Position numbers and translations under genes: made by a program | In this document: positions 9,773 through 22,375 of the stretch, one piece after another | Numbering within the stretch: the first letter of the stretch is position 1 | Layout: each line of letters begins with the position of its first letter | The notes under the pieces: model-generated | Told to the model about the DNA's origin: nothing | Databases searched by the model: none | Seen by the model: the letters and a program-made list of their open reading frames with translations, nothing else | DNA from: Camelus dromedarius | Lineage: Eukaryota | Assembly (NCBI RefSeq): GCF_036321535.1 | Contig: NC_087437.1 | Span: 48,238,001 to 48,302,000, forward strand | Length of the DNA: 64,000 bases | Direction: 5' to 3'

Positions 9773-12700
9773 AACAGGACTGCTGTTTTAAGAAGCTTCC
9801 CAACTAGAATTCTCAAAGGAGCCTGCAGGAGGTATTCCCTGACCTTACAAAGCAGTAGGAGTTCGATTTCTTGGAAGAATGAAAACTGAACACACTCATT
9901 CTCATCTTCAAATCTATTGGGGAAAAGCAGATGGATCCAGCAATCTCCTATAATTGCTTACTTGGCTAAATCACTCAGGACTATAGAGATTTGCTGTTTT
10001 ATGAAATTAAAAGAAGAAACAACAGGAGCTATTATCTAACTTCTGAAAAAGAATAATACCGTCTGGTTCTTAAGGCTCAGCAGTCAAGAGGTCATAATCA
10101 GTCTATTAGTCTTGCAGTAGTTAAACGCTGCATGCTTTGCGTCTTGTTATGGTTGGCATCAGCTGTTTTCTAGCTTCCACACAGGGAGATTTCCTACATT
10201 CTCTGGAAAAAGAGTTGAGGATACCAAACACCCATCTCTTAATTTAGGTCTCTTCATGAGAGAAAAGAAAGCTATTTGTGATTCCAAAGAAATGTTGGAT
10301 CTAAAACCTCTGATTTAGGAGATCTGAAAGACTGTAAGGTATGCCAAAGTGCAGAGGTTAGAGGCAGATATCCTGTAGGAAACCCTGAAGTTAGATCATC
10401 CTGTTCTTAAGTTTTAACTAGATACCAGTCTGGTTGATGAAGGCTGAACAATGGCTCAGTGGCACACTCAGTCTGAAAGGGAGATGTCAGGAGGCCAACG
10501 ATCCCCAAGGGCTCCACAGGAGGGCAGTCCACTAGGGGCTCCTACACCACCGCTTGCTGTGTGTCCTTCAGCGACACTTCCCTGCCCCCAAATATGAATC
10601 AGAAAATTTGGAAAATAAAGGAAAAAAAGACAGTTATGAGTTACTAAAACCATTCTTTGCAACATTTTGTCATATTGCCTTCTGGTATTTCACCTTAATA
10701 TACATTCTTCATGTGACTGTAATTGCAGTATACATACAGTTTAGCACTGTACTTTTTCCAACATGACAAGTATTTTCCCATGTTTTAAAAATAATACTTG
10801 TAATAAGCAGCTTTAATGACTGCATTACTATTTTATCTATAAAACTAATTCTTGTATTTTAGATGAAAATCCCTTTGAAAATTGGATGAAAGTTTCTACT
10901 CCAAGTGATTCTCATCCCTCAGTGTGCTCCAGGATAACATGGGGACTATTGAAAGTCTGCTGTCTGAGTCTCAGTCTCAGAAATTCAGAAGTGAGCCCAG
11001 GCAACAACATTGAAAAACAAACAAACAAACAAACAACAGATTCCTTTGGAATGCACCCCTCAGCCCCATATAGATCCTCAAAATTTATTGTACAGCAGTA
11101 AGATTCATGGATTCTTTGGGTTCAAGAGCCCCAGGTTATCATATAGTTTATATAACACAGTTTACATGACTATTATTAATTTTTGGACAGATTTCTTTTC
11201 AGTGTTTCTCCATTATAAATAATGCAGCTGTAGACATGTAGATGTATATGACATTTGTCAGAAGTAGGATTCCTGGGTCAAAGTACATGACAATTTCATG
11301 GCTCTTTTACATATTGCCAAGTGGCCTCAACTTGTGGGTCCTCTTACCACACTCTCTTTCCCTCTCATGTGTGCACAGCACTACTCAGCCAGACTCAAGG
11401 GGCCCCCTCTGCAGGTCTCGCTTTCCTGTCCTGCCCTCTCTTCTTAGATGCTCTTTCCATCAAATTCTAGCCACTGAGTTCTCTTCAAACTTCAAACTCT
11501 GCCTCCCTAACTCAGCAGAATCAGAGAGCTCTGTCTGGGTTCCCTCTCTTTGTGCAACAGGCAGCATGGAGACCACCTAGGCAGGGATCTGGTACAAGAG
11601 TGCTTGCTTTCCTCCTCATAGGATCACAGTCCTATGCTGCTTTGTTCAAAGTCTGAAAACCATGGTTTCATGCATTTTTTTTCTGGTTCCCTAAATATGC
11701 AAGGTAGATAAAATAAACCTGGTCCTCCTCTTACATTTTGGCTGGAAGCAGAGGGGAGTCTATTTTTATTAAATGCAATTACTAACATGTTTGGATATAT
11801 TTCTACCAACTTTCCCCATGCGTTCTATTCTTTCTCCCCACTTCTTTTTCTGTTCTTTTTCTCTCCTTTCTTGATAGTGGTTTTCACAGTGTTCTCCAGA
11901 AGCCCTCAGAGACCACTTCTGGCAAGTGTGTGCAGGGGTTGTGTATATATGGAGGTAAGTGGTCCCATAATATATATGGCTTGTACAAGGGCTGCCCTGA
12001 AAGTAAAGAATTGAAAACCAATTTACCAAGATAATTTGTGATGAGTTATCCAGTTAATTAGACAGCCAATTCTGTTTATCTGTCTGATTTACTGAACACA
12101 TGTATACCAGGGACAATGCCAATTTGTGTTAGTTCTTTCAGGGAGCTCATCTCTAAAGCAGGCTACAAGGACTTAGTCTAATAATTGAAATTTTCAGGCA
12201 TCTTTGTTAGTCTATTACGTTAGTTTTCAGTGATCATGTTCTTCTCTGAATTGAAGTTATTTATACAATTCTGTATCCATCTCCTTTACTAGGCCTGATG
12301 GAGGGCAGAGATTTAGGTAGCAGCACGTGGTAGGTGCTGCAAAAGTATTTAATTAATTGAATTGCACAGAACTGTGGAAGTCAAGTTGTGGAAATACTGT
12401 TAAAAAAGAAAGCTTATGGTTCCTCCTCAAATTTTCTAGGCAAAAAATTGACCCTGCCTTTGTTTTACCACTGTGCTCCTGTGAAATAGAGAGCTTTAGA
12501 GATATTAATATGATTGCATCTATATCTTCTCTGTTGAATATAACTTCATATTATTTGTAAGCCTGTTGTTATTTAGATGAACACTGACTTCTCTTTTTAT
12601 AGATTTGGCCAGTCCCTATCAGGCATGGCTCAAGCACCTGGCTCAGTATCAACTGTAGTGCTTGTTAATAATGCGGGTTTTTTCCATCCATGCTCCAAGA

Positions 12701-13245
12701 ACTATGTGATCAGAATCTCTAGAGAGGGTTACCTGGAATTTGCATTTTTAAAAAGTGCCCCAGGTGATTCTACAATTTGATAAATATTGGCCTAGGTATT
12801 TGGTCCTGATTTATCAAGGAAAATAACCCATGATTTTTGCTAGGGAAGAGGTTCTCACCAACTTCTTTTCTGTGTCCTAGTCCTCCTGCTCTAGTCATAC
12901 AGATGGGTAGAAAGCTCTCCTAGAATACTAATGACTTATCCATTTATGAGTAAGATCATTTCAGAAACCACCTCTTACTGTACTGTTGTCTTTAGAGACT
13001 ACTAACAAGTCAATCTTAATTAAGAATGGCAAATGAAAATGAGGTGTAGTTGTGGGTTCAGCAGCTAAGTGCTTTTCTTACTAATGAGAATAAACTTCCA
13101 GCTGTTTTGCAGGACTTTTTAGCATAAAATACATCAGTCAGAAGTCGTTGTTTGCCACTACCATATCTCAGCTGAGCCCTTAGAAATGGGCTACAATGCA
13201 GCCAGGAACTAAGGAACACCTCTCTTCTGCTTTATTTCTGTGGGC

Positions 13246-13784
13246 TATAGGGGCAGAAAATTTTTCCTTCTACCCTTCTAGGTTCTTTAGCCGGTCTAAT
13301 AATTAAACTGATATAAGACAGATTAAAAGAAAAAAAAACCCCAAAATTTTAATAACATGTATACCTCCTGTATACATGGGAGAGATCCAGGGAAAGTAAC
13401 TCCCCCAAATGGCCAACCATCACCTTAATTACCACCTTCAGCTAAAGACAAAAGAACATGTTAGGGGTGAGGAGTCAGTTATGGGAGGTGACCAGGAAAA
13501 TCACAGTTAGAACAAGGGTAAGTTTGTACAGAGATTTAAATCCTTGCCTCTCCACTGATAAGAGTTTCTAGAGATTTTGAGTTATCCTCTTCCTGGTAGG
13601 GAGAGGAAGATGCCCTTATAAATGGAGATTTCTCTTATAAACATAAATGTCTCTTACAAAAGGGTAGCTTTTACCCAGTTTTCAGAGTTTCTTCTTTGTC
13701 TGCAGTTTCTTAAAAATAACCAGCTTAAAATAATCAATATGTCAAAAAGCCCCATTTTGGGGTGACAAATTCTGCTTCCCTTCA
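13246..13784 (-). mobile_element. ERV1 solo LTR (MER34-like)
   Basis: Reverse complement starts tgaagggaagcagaatttgtcaccccaaaat...gattattttaagctg; 4-bp TSD gggc/gggt. Confidence 0.8.
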
Positions 13785-16342
13785 GGGTCAGCCTGGGTCT
13801 ACCCTGTGGATGTAACTTTACATTCAGTCCGAGCAGGCTCTGGGTAAAATGCAGGCTGGTTCTGTGCTAAATTAGAGTTGGCATTGGATTTCTGGCATGG
13901 CTGTATCATTATTGGCTCTTTGAACTTGGGTAAGTCCATTACTTTCACTTAGTTTTACCTCCTCTGAAAATAAATATAATCATACTCTACCTGTTTTTAC
14001 CAGACTATGGTGATGATCCATGAGATAAAACCTATTCATGGTTCACAGTATTTGAGGGCCCAGGCAACGAAAATTTCTTCTCATCCCCAAATATATCTTC
14101 CTCTGTTCTGTCCCCCTGTTACTCTATATCTTACCATGTATAGTTTGGGAGTAAGGAAGAAAAATAATAATTTAAGTATTTAAATATACATATCACACCA
14201 TCAAACTAAATGCTTTAAGCCAGTAACGATTCATTTATGCATTTATCCATTCACTTAATAAAAATTTATTTACTACCTACTAGTAAAAATATATTTTATT
14301 AATTTTGTGTGTGTGTGTGTGTGGAGTGAGTAAAAAAACGATTAAGTATAAAGTCAACGTATCAAGAGTATAGCTGTTAGCAATGACTGAATGGCTGAGT
14401 GAAGACATGTTGGCCTAAGGAAAGATTATGTACAGCAAGAACAACAAAGCATTTGCTAGAACAACAAAGCATTTATCAAATTGAAGTCACGCTCAAGGCA
14501 AAATCATGCTTGAGTGATGAATGACAGCCTTTAAAAGTAAGTTCCAATGTCCAAGCATAAGAGGGAGGGAAATTTTCAGCCCCTTCTCTCCACATCAGAC
14601 CTGCCTCTTTTGTCCATCCTCTTCTTAGTTCACCTACCTGCTCGCCCTCTAAGAGAATGAATAGTTGCAACCTAATTTATCATGGTCTTTTAAGTGATGA
14701 ACCTGTGTTCTACTTCCTGTTTCCTGTTTTAAAGTGATAAGCAGGTCTAAACAGAGCCTGTCTCTTTGGGGCTGGCTAGGCAAACCAAACATAATTCTAC
14801 CTTATCCACACATGCAGCTATTTGGATAAGTTAAGCCAGGGTTTGATTTACAAACCTAGTTATTTCTTTTCCTTTCAGCCCCTCAACCTCCTTCTTTTCA
14901 TTGGTCAACTAGGGGTGGTTAGATTCCAAGATTTAGATTTAGAGAAACTGACACCTTGCGACCTTCGTGCCTAAGCAGTGTGGAATCCAGCTTTTACCAG
15001 TGCTTGTATAAATTCAGGTGTGTGGTATAATAAGAAATCTTATTAGTAACGAGTCAAATGCCAAAAGGCTCTCAGTTGCACAACATCTGGTATATAAAAA
15101 TCCCAAGTTAGGAACAGGAAGTACAGTATACACTGATTGACAGAATGTTTGAGTTGGAACAGTGTTTTGATATTATCCAGTCCATTGTTCTTCACCCCTT
15201 CGGGCTTTGAACCCTTCGAAATTTCATAAAGGCTATACCAACAAAAATTTTCAGACAGTATCAAGGTGTTCCTGTACTCCTCAAAACTGTGTGCCTAGAT
15301 CCATGAACACACCTCCTAATCTTATCCAATCCCACCATTTCATAAATTTTGAAACCAATTCCAGATTCATTCATTCACAAATACTTACTGATCAGCACCT
15401 ATGTGCCCGCTATTTTGCTAGTTGCAGGGAATATCAAGATAAATAACTTCTACTTTCTTTTCTCAGGAAATCCTCTAAAGTTTAAGTGAATTGCCTAAGG
15501 TGATAAAAAAAAGTAAGTGGCAATGTGGGGGTCTCAAACTCCAAATCCAATCTTTGAGGTAAACAAGGCTGGAAATCAGAAGAGTTCCGGCAGATAGCAT
15601 TTTACCAGATATAATAAAATGCTGGGGGAATAGCAAAAAAGGCATTTAGGCCTGGGCATGTGGGAGAGTTATTTAGGGGGCCACTGGGATATCAAAAGCA
15701 TATATTCCCCAACTTGGGAGGTGAAAATGCTCTAAAACTGACTTATGGCGATGGTTACTCTACTCAGTAAAGTTGCTAAAAATCACTGAATTGTACACTT
15801 GAAATACATGAATTTTATAATATGTAGAATATAACTCAATAAAGGTATTAAAATATGTTTTTCGAGCTCTGGCATGTAAAGAGTTTGGAAGTTGTCATTT
15901 CCATCCTCACAACAAGAAAAACACTGAACAGGCTGAAAAGCAATGACTTCTCTTAGATCCATTAAATAATTGAGGTTATAGAGCAAATTGTTACCCTAAA
16001 ATCTGGAGAGACTGGTGAATACAGAGAATCACAGCTGAGATCAGTTTACCTGAAGCAGAAGCCACTGAAGTATAAACGGGTAGGAACACTTGCATGGGAA
16101 TCTTGATGAATTTCTGGAGACTGGGCATGAACTAGCTCGAGAGTTAAGTACTCCTAGAGGCCCAGTCTTAGGGAGACGCCACACTTTCTTGGGTTTTATC
16201 TCCAGAAATCTCACCAGGTTCTTATCTTGAAGATGAGAGAATAATTCCAGAGAGCAGGGGGAGGGGAAAAGTAACCATTTTGAAATACGCCCAGAGTGCC
16301 TCCATAATAAAAGCCTGCCCTTCAAGGGAAACTACATTATCA

Positions 16343-16514
16343 TCATCATCATCATCACCATTATTATTATTATTATTATTTTAAACTTATTTTACTTTAG
16401 TGGGGGAGGTAGTTAGGTTTACTTATTTATTTTTAGAGGAGATATGGGGATTGAACCCAGGACCTTGTGTATGCTAATCATGTGCTCAACCACTTGAGAC
16501 ATACTCTCCCCCCT
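16343..16514 (-). mobile_element. tRNA-derived SINE, camelid vic-1-like, with (TAA)n(TGA)n tail
   Basis: Reverse complement has an A-box-like (tctcaagtgg) and a B-box (gggttcaatccc); perfect 15-bp TSD gaaactacattatca at 16328-16342 and 16515-16529. Confidence 0.85.
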
Positions 16515-17225
16515 GAAACTACATTATCAGAGTCTTATCTGACCTAAAAGAGGAGCAACTGGCCAGATCCAGTTTCCCTCTAGACTTCCCACCACAAGTA
16601 AGAGGAGGGGGGAAAAGAAAAGACTAAGAAGTACTACTAAAGCCCAAGAATTTAGGTTCACTGAAAAAATGAGCTTTTATCATAAGATTATGGAAAATGT
16701 CCCCTCCATAATACCTCACCATCACATCAGCAGGACTCCAGTATAATATCGGTGGACTACAATTGAGAGAACTATAGGTCACAAACTGAATTTAAGGAGG
16801 TCTTAGTTAAGCACAAAAACAAAGGGGAGTAAAAAAACAAACACACATTGAAAACTAGAGGAAAGGAAGCCTCTGGCACCTACAGATATAGCAAACGTTA
16901 AACACAGCCTACCTTCTTGGTAGATTATCATACAACCTCACACCAAAAGTCTAATTACCTCTGTTCCTTTTGCTTAATGCATCATGTCTGGCTTTCACCA
17001 AAAAATTACCAGACGTGCTAAAAGACAAGGAAAGATGTATTCTGAAGAGACAAAGCAAGCATCAGAACCAGATTCAGATATGGCACAGATCTTAGGATTA
17101 ATAGGTAGGGACTTTAAAATAACTATAATATATTAAAGATGCTAATGAAAAAAGTAGATCACAAGTAGATGTAAGAACAGATAAATAATGTTGGCAGAGA
17201 GATGGAATCTCTAAGAAAGAATCAA

Positions 17226-17365
17226 GGATATTTTATACAACACAGGGAATATAGATAATATTTTGTAATAACTATAGAGTATAACCCTCAAAGATTGTGA
17301 ATCACTGTATTGTAATGTGTAATTTATATAATATTGTACAACAACCATACTTCAATAAACAAGAG
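17226..17365 (+). mobile_element. Short L1 3' end inserted in the older L1 ORF1
   Basis: tacaacacagggaatatag...gaatcactgtattgta...catacttcaataaa, an artiodactyl-type L1 3' terminus. Confidence 0.75.
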
Positions 17366-19400
17366 CTTACTAATGTAAAAAAGCAAATTCTAGAAAATAG
17401 AAACTGGACAAAATGAAAAACACCTTTAATGGGCTCATTAGGAGACTGGACACTCCAAAGGAAAAATTGGTGATCTCAAAGATATGTCAGTAGAAATTTC
17501 CCAAACTGAAATGCAGAGAAAGAAAGAATTAAAAAAATATGAACCAGAATATTCAAGAACTGTGGGACAATTAGGAAACGGCTAGAATAGATGTTATGAG
17601 AAGAGGAGGAAAGAGAAAAAGGAACAGAATTGTTTGAAGTGATAATGGCTGTAAATTTTTCAAAACTAATGACAGATTCAGGAAGCTTACAGAATACCAA
17701 ACAAGTGCCAATAAATAACTGCAACTAGATATATTCAAACTTCAGACAATAAAAAACAAAGAGAAAATCTTGAAAGAAGCCAGAGCAAAATAACATTTTA
17801 TCTATAAGGAACAAAAATAAGAATGACATCAGACTTCTAGTCAAAAGGTATGAAAATAAGTTGGGAGGGGAGTGAAATATTTAAAGTATTTAAAGAAAAA
17901 CTGTATAAAAGACCATATCCAGTGAAATCAACATTCAAAGGTGAAAGAAAAACAAAGACTTATCAGACAAACAAAAACTAAGGGAATTCATTTTACCCTG
18001 AAAACATTATTAAAACCTTGCAAGAATTATTAAAAGTTCTTCAGAGAGAAGCAACAAAATGTGGGGAGAAACTCAGATCAACATAAAGAAAAGAACATCA
18101 GAGAAGAAATAAAGTAAAATTAAAATATTTTATTTTCCTAATTTTTTTTTAGGTATAATCGACATACAACTTTCTAATTCATAACTGATCTAATAGATTA
18201 CTGTTAATTCAGAGCAATGATAGGAACCATGTTTTGCATGATTATAGCATATGGATAGATATAATGAATGACAGCAATGTTGTAAGAGATGGCTGTGAAG
18301 AACTGGGAATACCCTGTTATAAGGTAGCTGCATTATCCATGAAGTGGTAACGTGTTACTTGAAAGTAGATTACAAATTACGTTACTTGTAAATGTATATT
18401 GCAAATTCTAGGGCACCTCTAAAAAGGTTTAAAGAAATATAATTGGCATGCTAAAGGAGGAGAGAAAATAGAATAATATAAAAAGTTCAATTAAAATGAT
18501 AGAAGGCAGTAAAAGAGGGGAAGACAAGAAACAAAAAAGAATGGAAAGGATAGAAAAGAGCTACAAACATTATAGATATTAATCCAACTATATCAATAAT
18601 TAATTAAAATATGAATGGCATAAATACACTAATTAAAAGATGGAGATTGTTAAAATAGATTAAAAAACAATACCAACTATATGTTGTCTACAAGAAATCC
18701 ACTTTTAGATAGAAATACACAAGTAGATTAAAAGTAAAGGAATGGAGAAAAATATACCATGTTACCACCAATCAAATGAAAGCTGGAATAGTTAATTTCG
18801 GATAATATGGACTTCAGAACAAAAATATTTATTAGATAAAGAGGGGTATTACATAATGATGAAGGGGTCAAACCTTAAGATATTACAATCCTTAAAGTGA
18901 TTCATTAACACAGAATCAAAATACATGAGGCAAAACCCAATAGAACTGCAAGGATACACAGATAAATCCACCATTGTAGCTAAGGACTTCAACACCTCTA
19001 CACCTGTAATTGACAGATCCTGTGGGCAGAAAAAAGCAGTAAGAATATAGTTGAATTGAACAGCATCATCAATCAAGTGGATCAGACTGACATTTACAGA
19101 GGACTTCATACAACAGCAGACTACATACTCTTCTCAAACTCACAGGGACCATTCATCAAGATAAACTACATTCTTGACCATAAAACACATGTTAACAAAT
19201 TAAAAAGAACAGAAATCATATAAAATATGCTCTCAGACCACAATGGAATTAAGCTAGACATCAATAACAGAAAGATAGCTGGAGAATTCCAAGATAATTG
19301 GAGATTAAACTATACACTTATAAATAACAAGTAGGTGAAAGAAATTGCAAGGGAAATTGAAAAAAATATTTCAAATTATGTATCAAAATTGTGGGAAATA

Positions 19401-19446
19401 TGACACAACATTGTAAAATGATTATAAATCAATTAAAAATGTTAAA
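19401..19446 (+). mobile_element. ~46-bp extremely 5'-truncated L1 3' end
   Basis: tgacacaacattgtaaaatgattataaatcaattaaaaatgttaaa flanked by a 16-bp TSD aaaattgtgggaaata (19385-19400 and 19447-19462). Confidence 0.8.
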
Positions 19447-20924
19447 AAAATTGTGGGAAATAGCAGAAGTAGTGCTTGTAGGGAACTTTATGGCATTAAA
19501 TGAATATACTAAAAAGAAGAAAGATTTAAAATGAAAATCTAAATTTTCACATTAAGAAACTAGAGTAAGAAAAGTAGTTTAAGGGAAAGCAAGCAGAAAA
19601 AATAAATGATAAAAATTAGAATGAATCAATGAAGTTGAAAACCAGAAATCAATGAACTTGAATCTGCTTCTCTGAAAAGACCAACAAAACTGATAAACCT
19701 TAGTCAATCTAACTAGAAAAAAGAGAAGATATATGAAAACATTCTCAACGTCATATGCCATCAGGGAATTGCAAATTGAAACAATAATGGGGTACCACCT
19801 CTAATTCCAAAACAGTGACAACACCGAATGCTGGTAAGGATATGGAGCAAGGGGAACTCTCATTCATTGCTGGAGGGAATGCAGAATGGTTAGCACTTGG
19901 GAAGATAGTTTGACAGTTTCTTACAAAGCTAAACATAGGCTTACTATATGGTCCAGCAATTGCACTCATGGGTGTTTACCCAAAGGAGACAAAAACTTAT
20001 GTCCACACAAAACCCTGAAAATAAATATTTACAGAAGCTTTATTCATAATTGCCCCAAATCCAAAGCAACCAAGATGTCTTTCAACAGGTGAACAGATAA
20101 ATGCCCACAATGGTACATCCATACAATGGAATATTAATTAGTGATAAAAAGAAATGAGCTATCAAGCCACAAAAAGAAATAGAGGAAACTTAAATGCATA
20201 TTACTAAGTGAAAGAAGTCAGTCTAAAAAGGCTACGTTCTTTATGACTCCAACTATATGATATTCTGGAAAAGGTAGAACTATAGAGATTATAAAACGAT
20301 CAGTGGTTTCCAGGGACTTGGGGAAGGGAAGAGGGATAATTAGTTGAAGAACAGAGAGGATATTTAAGGCAGTGAACCTATTCTGTGTGACACTGTAAAG
20401 ATGGATATAGGATACTATCTATTTTTCAAAACCCACAGAAGTGTACTACACAAGAGTTAACCTGGCAGTAAACTATGGACTTTAGCTAATAATAAAGTAT
20501 TGACATTGGTTCATTAGTTATAACAAATGTACCAAAGGTAGATGTTGAAAATAGAGGAAACTTCGTATGGGGGTTGGGAGTACATAGTGATTCTCTGTAC
20601 TGTCTGCTCAATTTTTATGTAAATTTAAAAGTGTTTAAAAAAAAATATATATATATATTTGCTCTACTTTACAATTCTGATTTGTGCTGCCCTCCATAGG
20701 AGCTGTGATAGTAAACCCCTTCAAAACAATAAATAAACATCAGAACTTATAGATCCAAATAAATCTTACTCTTTTGGAGCAATTACCTCAAGGGGCAAAG
20801 TCCTTGTCCTAGAGATTGTTTTAACATCTGTAGGATAAAGATATCCCTTGAAGTGTTGCCTTCAGAGCTCATTTACAAGTTGTATCATGGGCTTTTGTTG
20901 TTCTGCCTCACATCCCTTCAGCCC

Positions 20925-21365
20925 ATCTCTGGTTTCAGCAGCAGCTGCAGTGGACAGCTACATGTGAACTCAGAAGCACATGGATAGCATCCCACTAGGA
21001 ATTTTCATGCCTTTTCCAAAGCTGCAGAAGTCCACTTAGCCACTCAGAAGGACAATCCAGAAATACAGAATACTGAACCACTTGGGCTGCTCTCAACCAA
21101 TTGGAGCCAGAGGATAAATGGCCAGCTTCCTGTCCTTTGGCTGGAAAATTCTGGGAAGTATTCTGTACATGTTTCACACCCAGTAAAGTTGAGATCCTAG
21201 TGCTCCCAACAGTAACTTCGAAAAACACTCTTATATTGACTTTTTCTCTTTCCCATTTCACTCTCACCACTCCTTCATTTTTGATTCTTGAGACCACTGC
21301 CTAAATAAAGGTTTGGACTTTTGTTCTTGTGTCTGGCTGTGCTTCAGAAGCAACAGAACTAAAAC
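20925..21365 (+). mobile_element. ERVL LTR16-like remnant
   Basis: gcagcagctgcagtggacagc..., gagccagaggataaatggccagcttcctgtcc, AATAAA at ~21304. Confidence 0.6.
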
Positions 21366-21937
21366 ACATTCTATATGGATAATGATAACAGGAAACAGAA
21401 CAACTATGGCCCCATATTTTAAAGATGTCTTAGTGAAACAAATCTGCAAACTGGTTAAAGAAAAGACCTCAGGAGAACACCTTTAAGTCATGCTTTAACT
21501 GGTGTTTAGAACAGAGAATTATAAATGTCTGGAATTAGATAATGACTTAACAGCTATCAACACTGGAAAAGTCTTCCCTTCCCTCTTACACAGCTATCAA
21601 GAGCCTAATAATTGCAATTCATGGGCTGGAACTGAACGTACTCAACATCCTTCATAGCCCTTTCTTTTCCCAAGGCTTCACTGAAGAGATTTGGAGGATA
21701 TTTGTCATATCTTGAGATTTGACCAGGCACTAATGTGTCTGAGGAATTAAAGAGTGAAGTGGGAGATGGATATAACAAGAATAGCTTCCATCTGGGGAGT
21801 GGTACCCAAAGCAAAGTTGGGGGGCATCTTCATAGGCATGGTCACAAGAAATCTATGAAGTGAAACTTGAGCAAGCAAGTTTCCAAGCAGCCAAACTGTG
21901 CATAGCAGATGTGTAAATGGGTAACAAGATCTCCACC

Positions 21938-22375
21938 TGTGGTGATTTCAAAAATATTCTCCAGAAATTCTTCAGCACTCCTCCTTTCAAAAGGGGAGCC
22001 TCATTCTCTTCCCTTTGAGTATGGACAGGACATAGTGATGTACTCATAACTAATAGGATATGATGGATGTGTCATTGTGTGTCATCTGAGACCAGGTCAT
22101 AAATAGCTTGGTGGCCTACTCCTTGCTCTCTCTGGCTTGAATATAAACACAAGATTCTTGCTCTAAGTGAAGCCAGCTACCATGTCATGAAGACACTCAA
22201 GTAGCACTAGAGCGAGGCCCATGTGACAATGAACTGAGTCTCCCTGCCAATAACCATGTGAGTGAGCCATCTTGGAAGGAGACTCTCTAGCCCCAGTCGA
22301 ACCTTCAGATGACAGCAGCTCTGATCAACACCTTGATTTTCAACTTCATAAGCAACTCTGAGCTAAGCTACTAGC
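21938..22375 (+). mobile_element. MLT1 (MaLR) LTR
   Basis: gaagccagctaccatgtcatgaagacactcaag...gagccatcttggaagga...ccccagtcgaaccttcagatgac. Confidence 0.85.

Larger units (their letters stand above)
15860..20640 (+). mobile_element. LINE-1 (L1MB/MC-like) with 5'UTR, ORF1, ORF2 endonuclease region, a large internal ORF2 deletion (~19730) and 3'UTR
   Basis: ORF1 motifs at 17040-18050. Endonuclease motifs (atgttgtctacaagaaatccac, gacttcaacacc, ctcagaccacaatggaat) at 18600-19300. Abrupt jump to the ORF2 C-terminus at ~19730. Confidence 0.9.
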
